From: Patescibacteria group bacterium
GTDB lineage: Bacteria > Patescibacteriota > Microgenomatia > 0-14-0-10-38-17
Direction: 5' to 3'
NCBI GenBank assembly: GCA_050953885.1
Contig: JBMNNJ010000001.1
Coordinates: forward strand, 207,437 to 271,436
Length of the DNA stretch: 64,000 nt
Below, one piece after another: positions 20,323 to 31,142 of this stretch. Each line of letters begins with the position of its first letter. The first letter of the stretch is position 1. A program made the translations under genes and the position numbers. A model generated the notes under the pieces. The model made no database searches. It saw nothing but the letters and a program-made list of their open reading frames with translations, and had not been told where the DNA came from.

Positions 20323-21261
20323 ATGAAAACTTCTTTTATCGCCACGGTATTAAATGAGAAAAAAACAATTGACGCACTTCTTAGCTCTTTGGCAAAACAA
20401 ACCAAAAAACCGGAAGAAATTATCATTGTTGATGGCGGTTCGACCGACCAAACGGTTGCAAAAATTAAGGCTTTTCAAAAAAAACATCCGGAGCTTAAAA
20501 TAAAAGTTTTTGTTAAAAAAGGCGCCAACCGTTCTCAGGGCAGAAATTTAGCCATAAAAAAGGCCCAAAATGAAGTTATCGCCATCTCCGATGCCGGTGG
20601 CGAACTTGACCGGCGGTGGCTTGAAAAAATTAGCCAACCATTTAACGATTTAAGCGTTGAGGTGGTGGCCGGCTATTTCAGGGGCAAAGGGAAAAATGTT
20701 TTTGAAGAATGTGTGGCCACCTTTACCCTCACTGTTCCCCATCGTGTCGACCCCAAAAATTTCCTGCCCACTTCGCGTTCCATGGCCATCCGCCAAAAAA
20801 CTTGGCAAAAATTTGGCGGTTTTCCCGAAGAATTTTCGGATAACGAAGATTTTGTTTTTTCAACCCGCCTTAAAAAAGAAGGGGCGAAAATCGTTTTTGT
20901 TCCCGAAGCGGTTTTTTACTGGTATCCGCGGGAAAATCTTCAGAGTTTTACCAAAATGATCTTCCGCTTTGCCCGGGGAGACGCTCTTGCCGGTCTTCGC
21001 TATGCGAAAGTGGCCACTGTTTTTAGCCGCTATCTTCTCGCTTTTGCCTTAATCTGTCTTTTGCCTTTTTATCCTTTCTTAACCCCGCTAACCATAATGC
21101 TCGCTGTTGCCTATCTTTTATGGCCCATTTTTAAAAATTATCGCTACGTCAAAAAATGGCCCGCTTTCTTTTTCCTGCCGCTTTTACAAATTACCACCGA
21201 CTTGGCGATTATAGCCGGTAGTTTAGCCGGCAGAAAACAAAAACTTTTAAAAAGGGTATAA
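20323..21261 (+). CDS. GT2-family glycosyltransferase with a C-terminal multi-TM region
   Basis: IIIVDGGSTDQT and ISDAGGELD (DxD-like) GT-A motifs. Hydrophobic C-terminal third. Confidence 0.75.
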   Translation: MKTSFIATVLNEKKTIDALLSSLAKQTKKPEEIIIVDGGSTDQTVAKIKAFQKKHPELKIKVFVKKGANRSQGRNLAIKKAQNEVIAISDAGGELDRRWLEKISQPFNDLSVEVVAGYFRGKGKNVFEECVATFTLTVPHRVDPKNFLPTSRSMAIRQKTWQKFGGFPEEFSDNEDFVFSTRLKKEGAKIVFVPEAVFYWYPRENLQSFTKMIFRFARGDALAGLRYAKVATVFSRYLLAFALICLLPFYPFLTPLTIMLAVAYLLWPIFKNYRYVKKWPAFFFLPLLQITTDLAIIAGSLAGRKQKLLKRV

Positions 21262-21271
21262 TAATTTTTAA

Positions 21272-21976
21272 ATGCTCTTACCGAAAAACAACATCACCGC
21301 TTTTATCGTTAATAATAATAAAGAGCCGATTTCCCAAACGCTTAAAAACCAATTAAGCTGGTGTCGGGAAATAAAAGAAGGCATTCTTGCCGCGGGAACA
21401 CCGGTTTTAAATTTAAATATCAAAACCCGCTGGGTCTTTTTTATTTATCCTTGGGAAGAGCCTTCAAAAGAATTGTCTTTGGAAATCCAAAACTTTATTA
21501 ACGAGGCGGATGAGAAATTTCTCACCGGCGCCCAAGTGACGATCCAAAACCAAATTTGGGGGAAAAAAATTAAATTTGGCCGTTTTGGGCCAACCTTGCA
21601 AACCAGAGTTGGCCGCAGAGTAGGGGAGTGGAAGGAAAAAAACGGTCAGCTTTTTTGGGATTTCCCCGGCCGCAAGAAAAGTTTGGAAAATCCTCTTTTG
21701 GCGCGCCCTTTTATCAATTTAGCTGATTTCTTACACAAAACAAATGAACAAACCACCAAACAAGCGCAAGTTTTATTAAAAAAGGGTAAAAAAAGTAATT
21801 GGCTAAAAATTAGCCTCAAGCCGCTTTTAACCATTCTTAAAAACTTTTTCGGCCTAAGTTTTCTGGATGGCTTTATTGGCTTGATTTTAAGTTTATTAAG
21901 CGGGTTTGAAGTTTTCTTGGTAGAAAGCAAGCTTTGGGTGGCAAGTCAAAAAAAGTCTTTTTCAAATGAACCTTAA
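21272..21976 (+). CDS. hypothetical protein, co-oriented with the GT2 gene
   Basis: Intact ORF 10 bp after the GT2 stop. No recognisable motifs. Confidence 0.4.
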   Translation: MLLPKNNITAFIVNNNKEPISQTLKNQLSWCREIKEGILAAGTPVLNLNIKTRWVFFIYPWEEPSKELSLEIQNFINEADEKFLTGAQVTIQNQIWGKKIKFGRFGPTLQTRVGRRVGEWKEKNGQLFWDFPGRKKSLENPLLARPFINLADFLHKTNEQTTKQAQVLLKKGKKSNWLKISLKPLLTILKNFFGLSFLDGFIGLILSLLSGFEVFLVESKLWVASQKKSFSNEP

Positions 21977-22222
21977 AACTTGGCAATTTTTTCTTCTTTT
22001 TTAAGACTCTTTTGGAAACGCTCTTTTCTTTCCTTCCTGTTAATCTTAAAAATCAAGCGGTTTTAGCTCTTATTCTTGCTTTTATCCATTCTTTTTTCAA
22101 TAACAGCCTTTCCTTACCCCCCGCTGGCTCCTTTTTTGCTCTCTTTTTTAGGAATGGCTTTGGCCAAAAACCGCTTTCTTTCTCAAATCTAAAAAATAAC
22201 CTTGTTTATTCTTTATTAAAGA

Positions 22223-22963
22223 TTAAGGCTTATATTTAATTTTAAGCGTTTTCTCGGTTTTATTCCCCGCCTTATCTTTGGCCACCACGATAATTTCATT
22301 ATCTCCTTCCGTTAAAAAATAATCTGCTTCAAAATTTCCTTCCAGTCCTACAATTACCTGCCGCTCATTAACCATCACCACCGCTTCTTTTTCCGTCTTT
22401 CCCTTAATAATCATTTCTTTTTTATCATTAATCGTTTGACCATCGCCGGGCGATTCTATCTCCAACGCTGGCGGTTCTTTGTCAAAAATAACCGTTTGCG
22501 CCAAAGAGGCTTGGCTTTCATTCCCCGCCTGATCATATGCCCGCGCCAAAAAGATATTCTCTCCTTCTTCTAATTCTACTTGGCTAAAACTAAAACTTCC
22601 TTCTTCTCCCACCGTGGTTTTTCCTTTCTCCTCGCCGTTTTGGAAAAGGGCCAGCTCCGCTCCTGCCTCCGCCTGACCGCTAATTGCCAACGAGGCGCTA
22701 TTGGTTGCCTCGGGAAGAGGATCAAGCTGGGGTGGAGGGGGGGGAAGATTATCCCGACCGGCTTCTAAAACCCCTTCCTCACCGTTAGGAGTAATTAAAT
22801 CAACAAACCCGATAACCAAATCGGCACCAAATTTATAAAGACCAAAAGCCGCCAAGAAAAGAAAAATTAGCGCCCCTAAAACAATGGGGCCAATTTTTTT
22901 TGAAGATGATGAACGGGTTTCTTTTTTCCGGGAAAAAAGCTTTGGTTTTTCAAATTTAACCAT
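22223..22963 (-). CDS. membrane-anchored protein with Ig-like (Big-type) repeats and a Pro-rich linker
   Basis: N-terminal TM helix, PPPPPQLDPLP linker, two beta-rich repeats. Confidence 0.5.
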   Translation of the reverse strand: MVKFEKPKLFSRKKETRSSSSKKIGPIVLGALIFLFLAAFGLYKFGADLVIGFVDLITPNGEEGVLEAGRDNLPPPPPQLDPLPEATNSASLAISGQAEAGAELALFQNGEEKGKTTVGEEGSFSFSQVELEEGENIFLARAYDQAGNESQASLAQTVIFDKEPPALEIESPGDGQTINDKKEMIIKGKTEKEAVVMVNERQVIVGLEGNFEADYFLTEGDNEIIVVAKDKAGNKTEKTLKIKYKP

Positions 22964-23007
22964 CTATAATTTTAATAATTTAAGCTTCTGAATTTTGACT
23001 TTCTTTG

Positions 23008-23079
23008 AGCCATCTCTCGGGATCGAACCGAGGACCTACTGTTTACGAAACAGTTGCTCTACCACTGAGCTAAGATGGC
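23008..23079 (-). tRNA. tRNA-Thr (anticodon CGU)
   Basis: Hand-folded cloverleaf GCCATCT/AGATGGC acceptor, anticodon stem ACTGT/ACAGT, loop TTCGTAA, T-arm CTCGGTTCGATCCCGAG. No encoded CCA. Confidence 0.85.
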
Positions 23080-23108
23080 AAGTCGCCTTATCTTTTTGCC
23101 AATCTTTG

Positions 23109-23180
23109 AGCGGTGGAGGGGACTTGAACCCCCGACCTTCTCCTTGGGAAGGAGACATTCTACCACTGAACTACCACCGC
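23109..23180 (-). tRNA. tRNA-Gly (anticodon CCC)
   Basis: Acceptor GCGGTGG/CCACCGC, anticodon stem TCTCC/GGAGA, loop TTCCCAA, T-arm GGGGGTTCAAGTCCCCT, discriminator U. Confidence 0.85.
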
Positions 23181-23348
23181 GATTAGAAAATAATTAAGGC
23201 AAACCTCCGCTCTTGCCACCTTGGCGGGATATTTCGCCACCCAAAGCACCCCCGCTTTGGCAAAAAGAAAAAGGTAATATTATACCCATTAATAATCTCT
23301 AACTCTTTTTATTTTACCTCTTTCCTCTTTTTAAGGCAAAAGCTCTCC

Positions 23349-23924
23349 TTAGGGAATAGTTAAAACAGTGCCAGAAAAAATTAAGCCGGGGTTCGTGCCA
23401 ATCTTTTCCTGATTAGCCTGATAAATCTTTATCCATTGATAACCATCGCCGTAAATCTTCTCGGCAATTTTCCAAAGACTGTCGTCTCTTTCCACCGTAT
23501 ATTCATTAATATCGGCCACTTTCTTGCCGCTGGCAATTTCTCCACCTTCAGGATGACGCGCCGGCATATCAGGAATTGCTAACTCTTGATCCACCACCAG
23601 GAAGTTGGGATTGCCTAATTGATTTTCCTTGGCCACATCCACCCAATTATACCCTGAACCATAATAATGCTCGGCAATTTTCCAAAGGTTTTCCCCCGGC
23701 GCCACCTTATGAGTAGCGGGGAGTTTTACCTCCTCTTCTGTGGCCGCCATTTGCCCTGTTTCTTCCCCAAGAAGCTCTTCTTCACCTGTTGCTATTTCCT
23801 CACCTTGAGAACGGAAAAAATTAAAAATTAGCACCCCGATTAAAACCACCACTGCCACCCCCAGCACAATACTTATTGGCCTTTCCCAAGATTTAATTTT
23901 CTTCAAAATTGATTTTAAATTCAT
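23349..23924 (-). CDS. membrane-anchored protein with two LysM peptidoglycan-binding domains
   Basis: N-terminal TM helix. Two LysM repeats (GENLWKIAEHYYGSGYNW..., DSLWKIAEKIYGDGYQW...). Confidence 0.75.
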   Translation of the reverse strand: MNLKSILKKIKSWERPISIVLGVAVVVLIGVLIFNFFRSQGEEIATGEEELLGEETGQMAATEEEVKLPATHKVAPGENLWKIAEHYYGSGYNWVDVAKENQLGNPNFLVVDQELAIPDMPARHPEGGEIASGKKVADINEYTVERDDSLWKIAEKIYGDGYQWIKIYQANQEKIGTNPGLIFSGTVLTIP

Positions 23925-23983
23925 TTTACCTGCCTTTTCACCTCCTTTTTCTTTACTTTGGGCAGGTAACTTTTTTCAGAAAG

Positions 23984-24056
23984 CGGACCCGACCAGAATC
24001 GAACTGGCGATCTTTCGCGTGACAGGCGAACGTGTTAACCGCTACACCACGGGTCC
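23984..24056 (-). tRNA. tRNA-Asp (anticodon GUC)
   Basis: Acceptor GGACCCG/CGGGTCC, anticodon stem TTCGC/GCGAA, loop CTGTCAC, T-arm GCCAGTTCGATTCTGGT, discriminator G. Confidence 0.85.
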
Positions 24057-24122
24057 TCTCCTTCCTATTTTATATCAAACTATAAGGTAATAGTCAACCG
24101 CAAGATTAGTTTTTGGGATATA

Positions 24123-25958
24123 ATGAAAAGAGCAATGCCGCAAAAAACCGATTTTACCAACGCCGACATCGCCCAAATGCTACGTCGTGTGGCGGCAGTT
24201 TACGAAATTCGCGAAGATCGCTTTCGCAGTCTTGCCTACCAACGCGCCGCGGACAGCATTGAACATGCGGCCGTGGAGGCAAAAGACCTTTGGGATGAAG
24301 GAAAGCTTGATACTCTGCCCGGCATTGGCAAAAACTTAGCCCAACACTTAAACACCCTTTTTAAAACCGGCCGCGTTCCCCATTTTGAAAAATTATTTAG
24401 AACCGTTCCTGCTTCAGTCTTTATATTTTTGGAAATCCCCGGCGTCGGGCCAAAAACTGCCTACCGTTTGGCTTGCGAGCTTAAAATAAAAGAAGAAAAA
24501 GGGGCTCTTAAAAAACTTAAAGAGGCGGCCGAAACGGGAAAAATTAGCCAAATCCCGGGCTTTGGCGAAAAATCGGCAAAAGAAATTCTTGAGGGCATTC
24601 TTGCCTTAGAAAAAAAGAGTGTCATGGAGAAAAGAATGCTCCTCCCCTATGCTGACAGAATTGCCCAAGAAATTATTAACTATCTTAAAAAATCACCCGC
24701 CGTTTTAGAGGCTTATCCTTTAGGAAGCCTGCGTCGTCAAGTGGCCACGATTGGCGATATTGACATTGCCGTCAAAACCGAAAAGCCAAAAGAGGTTATT
24801 CATCATTTTACCAACTACTCCAAAATTAAAAAAGTTCTGGAGAGGGGAGAGAAAGCCTTATGCCGAGTTATCTTGGAAAATAATCGCCAAATTGATTTAC
24901 GCACCCAGGCGCCCCAAAATTTTGGCGCTATGCTCCAATACTTCACCGGCTCAAAACATCACAATATCGCCTTGCGCGAATTTGCCCTGAAAAAAGGCTT
25001 AAGCCTGTCAGAGCACGGCATAAAAAAAGTTAAAAGTCAATCCGCCAGCCGGCGGATAAAAGTCAAAAGTTTTGCTACCGAAAGAGATTTTTATCATTAT
25101 TTAGGCTTAGGTTGGATTCCACCGGAACTGCGAGAAGGAAGCGGTGAAATTGAAGCCGCCGCGAAGGGAAAGCTCCCCCGCTTAGTGGAAAAAAAAGATA
25201 TTAAAGGCGATCTTCATCTCCATTCTAATTTTGAAATTGAACCCAGCCATGATTTGGGAGAAAATACGATGGAAGAAATGGTGGCTTGGGCAATTGCCAA
25301 TGGTTATGAGTATTTAGCTTTTAGCGAGCATAACCCTAGCTTAAGCCAACACCGGGAAAAAGAAATTATTGACCTAATAAAGAGGAAAAAAGAACAAATT
25401 GAACAAATAAATTACTCAATTAAAAAGAGATATTTTAAACGAGCAAAAAATGTAAACTTTTATATTCTGAACGGCCTTGAAGTGGATATTCGCCCCGACG
25501 GTTCTTTGGCTTTACCAGAAAAAGCCCTAGGCCTTCTTGATTTTATCATCGTCTCTGTACATACTCAATTTGGGCTCCCCCGGGAAAAAATGACCCAAAG
25601 AATTTTAAAAGGCCTTGAACATCCCAAAGCAAAAATATTAGGTCATCCCACCGGCCGACTCTTAAACCAAAGAGAGGGTTATGAGCTTAATTGGGAAAAG
25701 CTCTTTTCTTTTTGCCAAAAAAACAATAAAATGTTAGAAGTGAATGCTTATCCCAACCGCTTGGACTTGCCCGATTTTTTGATCCGAGAGGCTGTCAAAA
25801 GAAAAATCAAATTAGCCATTAATACCGATAGCCATGCCTTGGCGCAAATGGAATTTATCAAATATGGCGTGGCCACTGCCCGCCGTGGCTGGGCGCAAAA
25901 AGAGGATATTATTAATACCCAAGGCGTGGGGGAAATCAAAAAAATACTCTTGAATTAG
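24123..25958 (+). CDS. family X DNA polymerase (Pol beta-like) fused to a PHP phosphoesterase domain
   Basis: HhH motifs (LPGIGKNLA, IPGVGPKTA), nucleotidyltransferase GSLRRQVATIGDIDIAV, PHP DLHLHSNF...HTQFG. Confidence 0.85.
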   Translation: MKRAMPQKTDFTNADIAQMLRRVAAVYEIREDRFRSLAYQRAADSIEHAAVEAKDLWDEGKLDTLPGIGKNLAQHLNTLFKTGRVPHFEKLFRTVPASVFIFLEIPGVGPKTAYRLACELKIKEEKGALKKLKEAAETGKISQIPGFGEKSAKEILEGILALEKKSVMEKRMLLPYADRIAQEIINYLKKSPAVLEAYPLGSLRRQVATIGDIDIAVKTEKPKEVIHHFTNYSKIKKVLERGEKALCRVILENNRQIDLRTQAPQNFGAMLQYFTGSKHHNIALREFALKKGLSLSEHGIKKVKSQSASRRIKVKSFATERDFYHYLGLGWIPPELREGSGEIEAAAKGKLPRLVEKKDIKGDLHLHSNFEIEPSHDLGENTMEEMVAWAIANGYEYLAFSEHNPSLSQHREKEIIDLIKRKKEQIEQINYSIKKRYFKRAKNVNFYILNGLEVDIRPDGSLALPEKALGLLDFIIVSVHTQFGLPREKMTQRILKGLEHPKAKILGHPTGRLLNQREGYELNWEKLFSFCQKNNKMLEVNAYPNRLDLPDFLIREAVKRKIKLAINTDSHALAQMEFIKYGVATARRGWAQKEDIINTQGVGEIKKILLN

Positions 25959-25959
25959 C

Positions 25960-26290
25960 AAACAATTTGTAATGCGTAATAAGCAAGCGCAAAGCGCAAA
26001 TACCAAAAATCAAAACCTAAATCAAAGTTCAAAAACAATAAATAAACTCAAATGTTAAATCGCAAAACGCAAGGGAATTTGTAGGGGTCGACCCATGTGT
26101 CGACCCGATTAATGGTTTTAAATAAGGTTGAGTACGGACCCTTTGACGGGCGGACACATGGGTCCGCCCCTACAGAATTGTATTTGCCATTTGCGTTTTG
26201 AGTTTTAGTTTATGGTTTTGGTCTTTGAACTTGGTTTTGCGCTTTGATATTTGATATTTGATTTATTTTTATATTATTCGCTCATTCGTT
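25960..26290. repeat. about 330-bp near-palindromic element (family G) with a central GC-rich hairpin GTAGGGGTCGACCCATGTGTCGACCCG ... CGGGCGGACACATGGGTCCGCCCCTAC
   Basis: Outer arms CAAAGCGCAAATACCAAAAATCAAAACCTAAATCAAAGTTCAAAAAC and their reverse complement. Related half-elements at 12820-12960 and 61140-61255. Confidence 0.75.
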
Positions 26291-26341
26291 TTAATTCGTT
26301 TTCATTCGTTTTAATTCGTGTGTCCAAAAAGGAGGTGAAAA

Positions 26342-26929
26342 ATGAGTATCTTATTAATTCTTTTAATTATTATCGGCGTTATCGGCATTTATATTTGGCA
26401 AACCTATAATTTTTTTGTCACCACTAAAACCAGAATTGGCGCTTCTATTCAGGAAATCGGCAATCAATTAAAAAGGCAAGCCAATCTTATTCCCAATTTA
26501 ATCGAAAGCACCAAAGGCTATCTTGAGCACGAAAAGGGAATTTATGAAAAAATCACCCAAGCTCGGGAAAAAGTGGCCCAAGCGGCCGGCAGTCAAAATG
26601 CCCAGGAAATGGTTGACGCCGCCCAAAGTTTGGGACAAGCCTTAGGGGGAATTCAGGTGGTGGTGGAAAACAATCCGGAACTTAAAGCTTCGGAAACAGT
26701 GCAAAAGCTAACGGAGGAATTGCGGGATACGGCCGATAAAATTATGTATGCCCGACGAACGCTAATTGATTTGACGGCGGATTATAATACCCGGCTGGCC
26801 ACTTTCCCAAGCAATTTGGTGGGAAAAATGTTTAAATTCTCAACCGAAAGAGGCTTGAAAACAGAAAATGTGGAGGAAATCACCAGCGTGAGCGTTGAGG
26901 AAACCAAAAACCCCGAGGTTAAGCTTTAA
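26342..26929 (+). CDS. LemA-family membrane protein
   Basis: N-terminal TM helix and LemA core (IGNQLKRQANLIPNLIESTKGYLEHEK, QVVVENNPELKAS). Confidence 0.85.
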   Translation: MSILLILLIIIGVIGIYIWQTYNFFVTTKTRIGASIQEIGNQLKRQANLIPNLIESTKGYLEHEKGIYEKITQAREKVAQAAGSQNAQEMVDAAQSLGQALGGIQVVVENNPELKASETVQKLTEELRDTADKIMYARRTLIDLTADYNTRLATFPSNLVGKMFKFSTERGLKTENVEEITSVSVEETKNPEVKL

Positions 26930-26943
26930 GACTATTTTAGCAG

Positions 26944-26972
26944 TTGACAAAGCCGTCTGCTAAGGGTATACT
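26944..26972 (+). promoter_or_regulatory. near-consensus sigma70-type promoter TTGACA-17 bp-TATACT
   Basis: Hexamers read directly, spacer counted at 17 nt. Lies 200 bp upstream of htpX. Confidence 0.4.
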
Positions 26973-27172
26973 TTTAGTCGTTAATGCCAGAGGTGTAAAT
27001 AGTAATTCACCTTTGGGATGTAAGACTATTTTCAAGGGTTAGTTTTTGGTTGTAGTCTTTTTAGATTAACATTTTGAGTTTTGACTTTTGTATTTACAAA
27101 AAAGAGTTTAAATGTTACCCATAACTCTTATATAAAAGAACAAGGTAAAATAAATTAGCTGCCGTTTTTCCT

Positions 27173-28063
27173 ATGCTTAACGTTTACGAACAAGTAAGCC
27201 GTAATAAAAGGCGCTCCACGTTTATTGTCTTTTTTTTCATCGTTTTTGTTTTGGGCGTTGGCTGGCTTCTCTCTCAAGCTCTTGATGCCGGAGTAGGGGG
27301 GTTAATTATCGCCCTTCTTTTTGCCGGCCTTTCCACCTTAGGAAGCTATTTTGCGGGCGACAAAATTGTTTTGGCCATGAACCGGGCCAAAGAGGCCGAC
27401 AAAAAAAATTTTCCCACTCTGGTGGGCGTAGTGGAAAATCTTTCTTTAGCGACGCAAATCCCCACGCCTAAAGTTTATGTTATCCCTGATCGAGCCATTA
27501 ATGCCTTTGCCACCGGCCGCGATCCCAAACACGCCAGCGTGGCGGTTACCCAAGGAGCGCTAGACCAACTTAGCCGGACAGAGCTTGAGGGGGTTCTTGC
27601 CCATGAACTAAGTCATATTACCAATTTTGACACCCGCCTTTTTACGATCGTGGCCCTGCTTATCGGCATGATTTCTATTTTGGCAGATTTTTTCCTTCGT
27701 TCTTTTTATTGGCGTGATCGTGACAGTGAAAAGCAGGGAGGGGGTTTATTAACAATCATCGGCCTTCTTTTGGCCATATTTGCTCCTCTGGCGGCGCAAT
27801 TAATCCAACTAGCCATTTCCCGACAAAGAGAGTTTTTGGCCGACGCCTCGGCGGTAAAATTAACCCGCCAGCCGGAGGGTTTAATTGGCGCTTTGGAAAA
27901 AATTGGCCAAAGCCAGCCCTTGCGCTTTGCCCAAAACGCCAACGCTCATTTTTACATTGCCAATCCTTTTAGCCCCAAAGGGGCCCTTAAGGGAATCGCT
28001 AAGCTTTTCAACACTCATCCTCCTTTGGAAGAACGCATTGCGGCATTGAAAAAAATGAGCTAA
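27173..28063 (+). CDS. htpX: M48-family zinc metalloprotease HtpX
   Basis: HELSHI HExxH motif, downstream E (REFLADASA), four TM segments. Confidence 0.85.
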   Translation: MLNVYEQVSRNKRRSTFIVFFFIVFVLGVGWLLSQALDAGVGGLIIALLFAGLSTLGSYFAGDKIVLAMNRAKEADKKNFPTLVGVVENLSLATQIPTPKVYVIPDRAINAFATGRDPKHASVAVTQGALDQLSRTELEGVLAHELSHITNFDTRLFTIVALLIGMISILADFFLRSFYWRDRDSEKQGGGLLTIIGLLLAIFAPLAAQLIQLAISRQREFLADASAVKLTRQPEGLIGALEKIGQSQPLRFAQNANAHFYIANPFSPKGALKGIAKLFNTHPPLEERIAALKKMS

Positions 28064-28480
28064 ATATGTCTTCTCTATAAACTATTTAAACTTAAGGCAA
28101 ATGTTAAAACTTTTTAAAACTTAAAGTTGTTTTTTAGTTTTGATCCGCCAGCTGGCGGACAGAATCGAATAACTAAAAGTTAAAAGTCAAAATTACAAGT
28201 TAAAATTCAAAAGTAGAACAAAAAACTTTTAACTTCTGCCCGCCAGCTGGCGGGCAGAATCATTCTCGTAGCTGTCATTCCTGAATTAAATTCAGGACAG
28301 GCTCTGACGAAAGTCAGGATCTAACTGATTCTGAATCAAGTTCAGAATGACGCTAATCGTGACCGTCATTCTGACGAATTCGCCAGCTGACGGATTGAGA
28401 TTTGAGTTTTAAGTTTTTTCAAGATGAGACAGATGGCATTAAATGCCAATAAATAAATTACCACCAAGAATAAATTAATT
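28064..28480. repeat. composite repeat array (CAAAA/AAAGT tract, three CCGCCAGCTGGCGG-type palindromes, hairpin cluster)
   Basis: Read directly. Confidence 0.8.
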
Positions 28481-28491
28481 AAACTAATATC

Positions 28492-31062
28492 ATGCCTTTT
28501 GATCCGGAAAAACTAACCAGCAGCGCCCAAAAAGCTTTAATTGACGCTCAAAGGGAGGCCGAAGAACGCCATCATCCCGCCGTTGAGCCCCTTCATTTGC
28601 TGGCCGCTTTAATTAATGACACGGAGGGAATTGTGGCCAGCGCCTTAAAAGAAAACGGCGATTTGGGAAAAATCAGCCAAGAGGTAAAAGAGGCTTTAGA
28701 AAAAATGCCGCAGGTGGCGGGAGAAGCAAAAATTTATATCAGCGCCAGCCTTGCCTCGATTTTGGAGCAAGCAGAAAAAGAAAGAAGCGCCTTTGGCGAC
28801 GATTATCTTTCCACTGAACATCTACTTTTGGCTCTTTTAGCTGTCCCCGGCCCCGTCGGCGAAATTCTCTCAAGAGCGGGTGTTCAAAAAAGCCAAGTTG
28901 AAGCATATTTCAAAAGAGAGCGGGGAGGGGAACGCGCCGATTCGCCCGAATCGGAAGGAAAATTTAAAGCCTTAGAAAAATACACCCTTAATTTAACCCA
29001 AATGGCCCGCGAGGGAAAGCTTGATCCGGTGATCGGCCGCGATCAGGAAATCCGCCGCATTATGGAAATTTTAACGCGGCGGCGCAAAAATAACCCCGCG
29101 CTTTTAGGCGATCCGGGCGTGGGCAAAACCGCCATTGTGGAGGGATTAGCCCAGCGGATTATCAGCGGCGATGTTCCGGAAAGTCTTAAAAACAAGGAAA
29201 TTTTAATGCTTGATCTGGCTTCGCTTTTGGCCGGCGCTAAATTCCGGGGAGAATTTGAAGAACGGCTTAAAGCGGTTATTAACGCCGTTGAAAAGGGCGG
29301 CGGCCGTTATATCCTCTTTATCGACGAAATGCATACCCTTATTGGCGCCGGCGGCGCCGAAGGGGCAGTGGATGCCTCCAATATGTTAAAGCCGGCCTTA
29401 GCCCGGGGAAGCCTTCATGCCATTGGCGCCACCACCGTGAGCGAATACCGCCAATATATTGAAAAAGACCCGGCCTTAGAACGCCGTTTTCAACCAATTC
29501 TCATTGAAGAACCAACGCCGGAGGACACCTTGGCAATTTTGCGCGGTTTAAAAGAAAAATACGAGCTTCACCATAATGTCCGTATTGCCGACGATGCCCT
29601 GATTGCCGCCGTGCGCCTTTCGGTGCGCTACATTAGCGACCGCTTTTTGCCCGACAAGGCCATTGATTTAATTGATGAAGCCGCCGCCGCTTTGGCGATT
29701 GAAACCCAAAGCGTGCCGGAAGAAATTGATCAGATGCGCCGCCGCCTGCGCCAATTGCAAATTGAGTCGGAGGCGCTTAAAAAAGAAAAGGAAAAAGAGC
29801 GTTTCGAACAAATTAAAAAAGAAATTTCCTCGCTGGAGGAAAAACTGCGCGGTTGGGAAGCCAAATGGAAAGAGCAAAAAGATATTTTGCAAAAAATTAA
29901 AGAAAACCGCGAAAAGTTAGAAAAGCTAAGACAAGAAGAGGAGAGGGCGGAACGGGAAATAGACCTCGAAAAGGCGGCCAGAATTAAATATGATGAAATT
30001 CCCAAAACCGAGGGGGAACTTAAAAAATACCTCAAACTTTGGCAGGAAATTCCGGAAGAAGAAAAGCTAGTTAAGGACGAAGTTGATGAGGAGGCGGTGG
30101 CTCGGGTGGTGGCCCGCTGGACTCATATCCCCGTTTCCCGCTTGCTTCTTTCCGAAGCGGAAAAATTAGCTCATCTTGAAGAAGAGATTCACGAACGTTT
30201 TGTTGATCAGGAAGACGCGGTGCGGGAAGTGGCCAATGCCATTCGCCGCAATCGGGCGGGATTGGATATGGGCAACCGGCCGATTGGCGTTTTTCTTTTC
30301 TTGGGCCCCACGGGGGTGGGCAAAACTGAACTGGCTCGCACCCTAGCTTTCCTTCTTTTCGACAGCGAACAGGCGATGATTAGAATTGATATGTCCGAAT
30401 ACCAGGAACGTCATAGTGTGGCCCGCTTGATCGGCTCTCCCCCTGGCTATGTCGGTTATGAAGAAGGAGGCCAGCTCACCGAAGCGGTGCGCCGCCGACC
30501 CTACAGCGTGATTTTATTTGACGAAATTGAAAAAGCCCATCCTGATGTTTTTAATCTTTTCCTGCAGATTTTTGACGACGGCCGGCTTACCGATGGGCAG
30601 GGCCGCACGGTTGACTTTAAAAACACGATCATTATTATGACCTCCAACCTGGGAACGCCAATCATCCAGGAAAAAGAGAAAAGCGAAGAAGAAAAAGAAA
30701 GAGAAGTTTGGCAGTTAATCCAGCAAACTTTCAAGCCGGAATTTGTTAACCGTTTGGACCAGATTATTATCTTTAACCAATTAACCAAAGAGCAAATTTC
30801 CCAAGTGGTTGACTTGGAAATTAAGAAAGTGGCTAAAAATCTCCAAGAAAACCGTAACCTAAAGCTGGAAATAAGCCAAGAAGCAAAAGAGCTTATCGCT
30901 AAATTAGGTTATGACCCGCAATTTGGCGCCCGACCCCTAAAGCGGGTAATTCAAAATAATATTTTGGATAAAATCGCTTTAATGATTATTGAGGGCAAAA
31001 TAAAAGAAGGAAAAACAATTAAGGTGGAGGCCCAAAACGGCCAGTTCTTAATTAAAGCATAG
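28492..31062 (+). CDS. clpB: AAA+ disaggregase ClpB
   Basis: Clp N domain, two Walker A ([16 protein letters not shown]), long coiled-coil M domain, 856 aa. Confidence 0.95.
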   Translation: MPFDPEKLTSSAQKALIDAQREAEERHHPAVEPLHLLAALINDTEGIVASALKENGDLGKISQEVKEALEKMPQVAGEAKIYISASLASILEQAEKERSAFGDDYLSTEHLLLALLAVPGPVGEILSRAGVQKSQVEAYFKRERGGERADSPESEGKFKALEKYTLNLTQMAREGKLDPVIGRDQEIRRIMEILTRRRKNNPALLGDPGVGKTAIVEGLAQRIISGDVPESLKNKEILMLDLASLLAGAKFRGEFEERLKAVINAVEKGGGRYILFIDEMHTLIGAGGAEGAVDASNMLKPALARGSLHAIGATTVSEYRQYIEKDPALERRFQPILIEEPTPEDTLAILRGLKEKYELHHNVRIADDALIAAVRLSVRYISDRFLPDKAIDLIDEAAAALAIETQSVPEEIDQMRRRLRQLQIESEALKKEKEKERFEQIKKEISSLEEKLRGWEAKWKEQKDILQKIKENREKLEKLRQEEERAEREIDLEKAARIKYDEIPKTEGELKKYLKLWQEIPEEEKLVKDEVDEEAVARVVARWTHIPVSRLLLSEAEKLAHLEEEIHERFVDQEDAVREVANAIRRNRAGLDMGNRPIGVFLFLGPTGVGKTELARTLAFLLFDSEQAMIRIDMSEYQERHSVARLIGSPPGYVGYEEGGQLTEAVRRRPYSVILFDEIEKAHPDVFNLFLQIFDDGRLTDGQGRTVDFKNTIIIMTSNLGTPIIQEKEKSEEEKEREVWQLIQQTFKPEFVNRLDQIIIFNQLTKEQISQVVDLEIKKVAKNLQENRNLKLEISQEAKELIAKLGYDPQFGARPLKRVIQNNILDKIALMIIEGKIKEGKTIKVEAQNGQFLIKA

Positions 31063-31142
31063 TTAATTAATAAAACAGGGATTATTTTTCCCCAAAAAGT
31101 CGTTTTTTGACTTAAAATAATTAAAGGTGGAAATAAATAAAA

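Noticed and set aside
22995-23186. 63-aa ORF on the plus strand
   Set aside because: Entirely overlaps tRNA-Thr and tRNA-Gly on the opposite strand.
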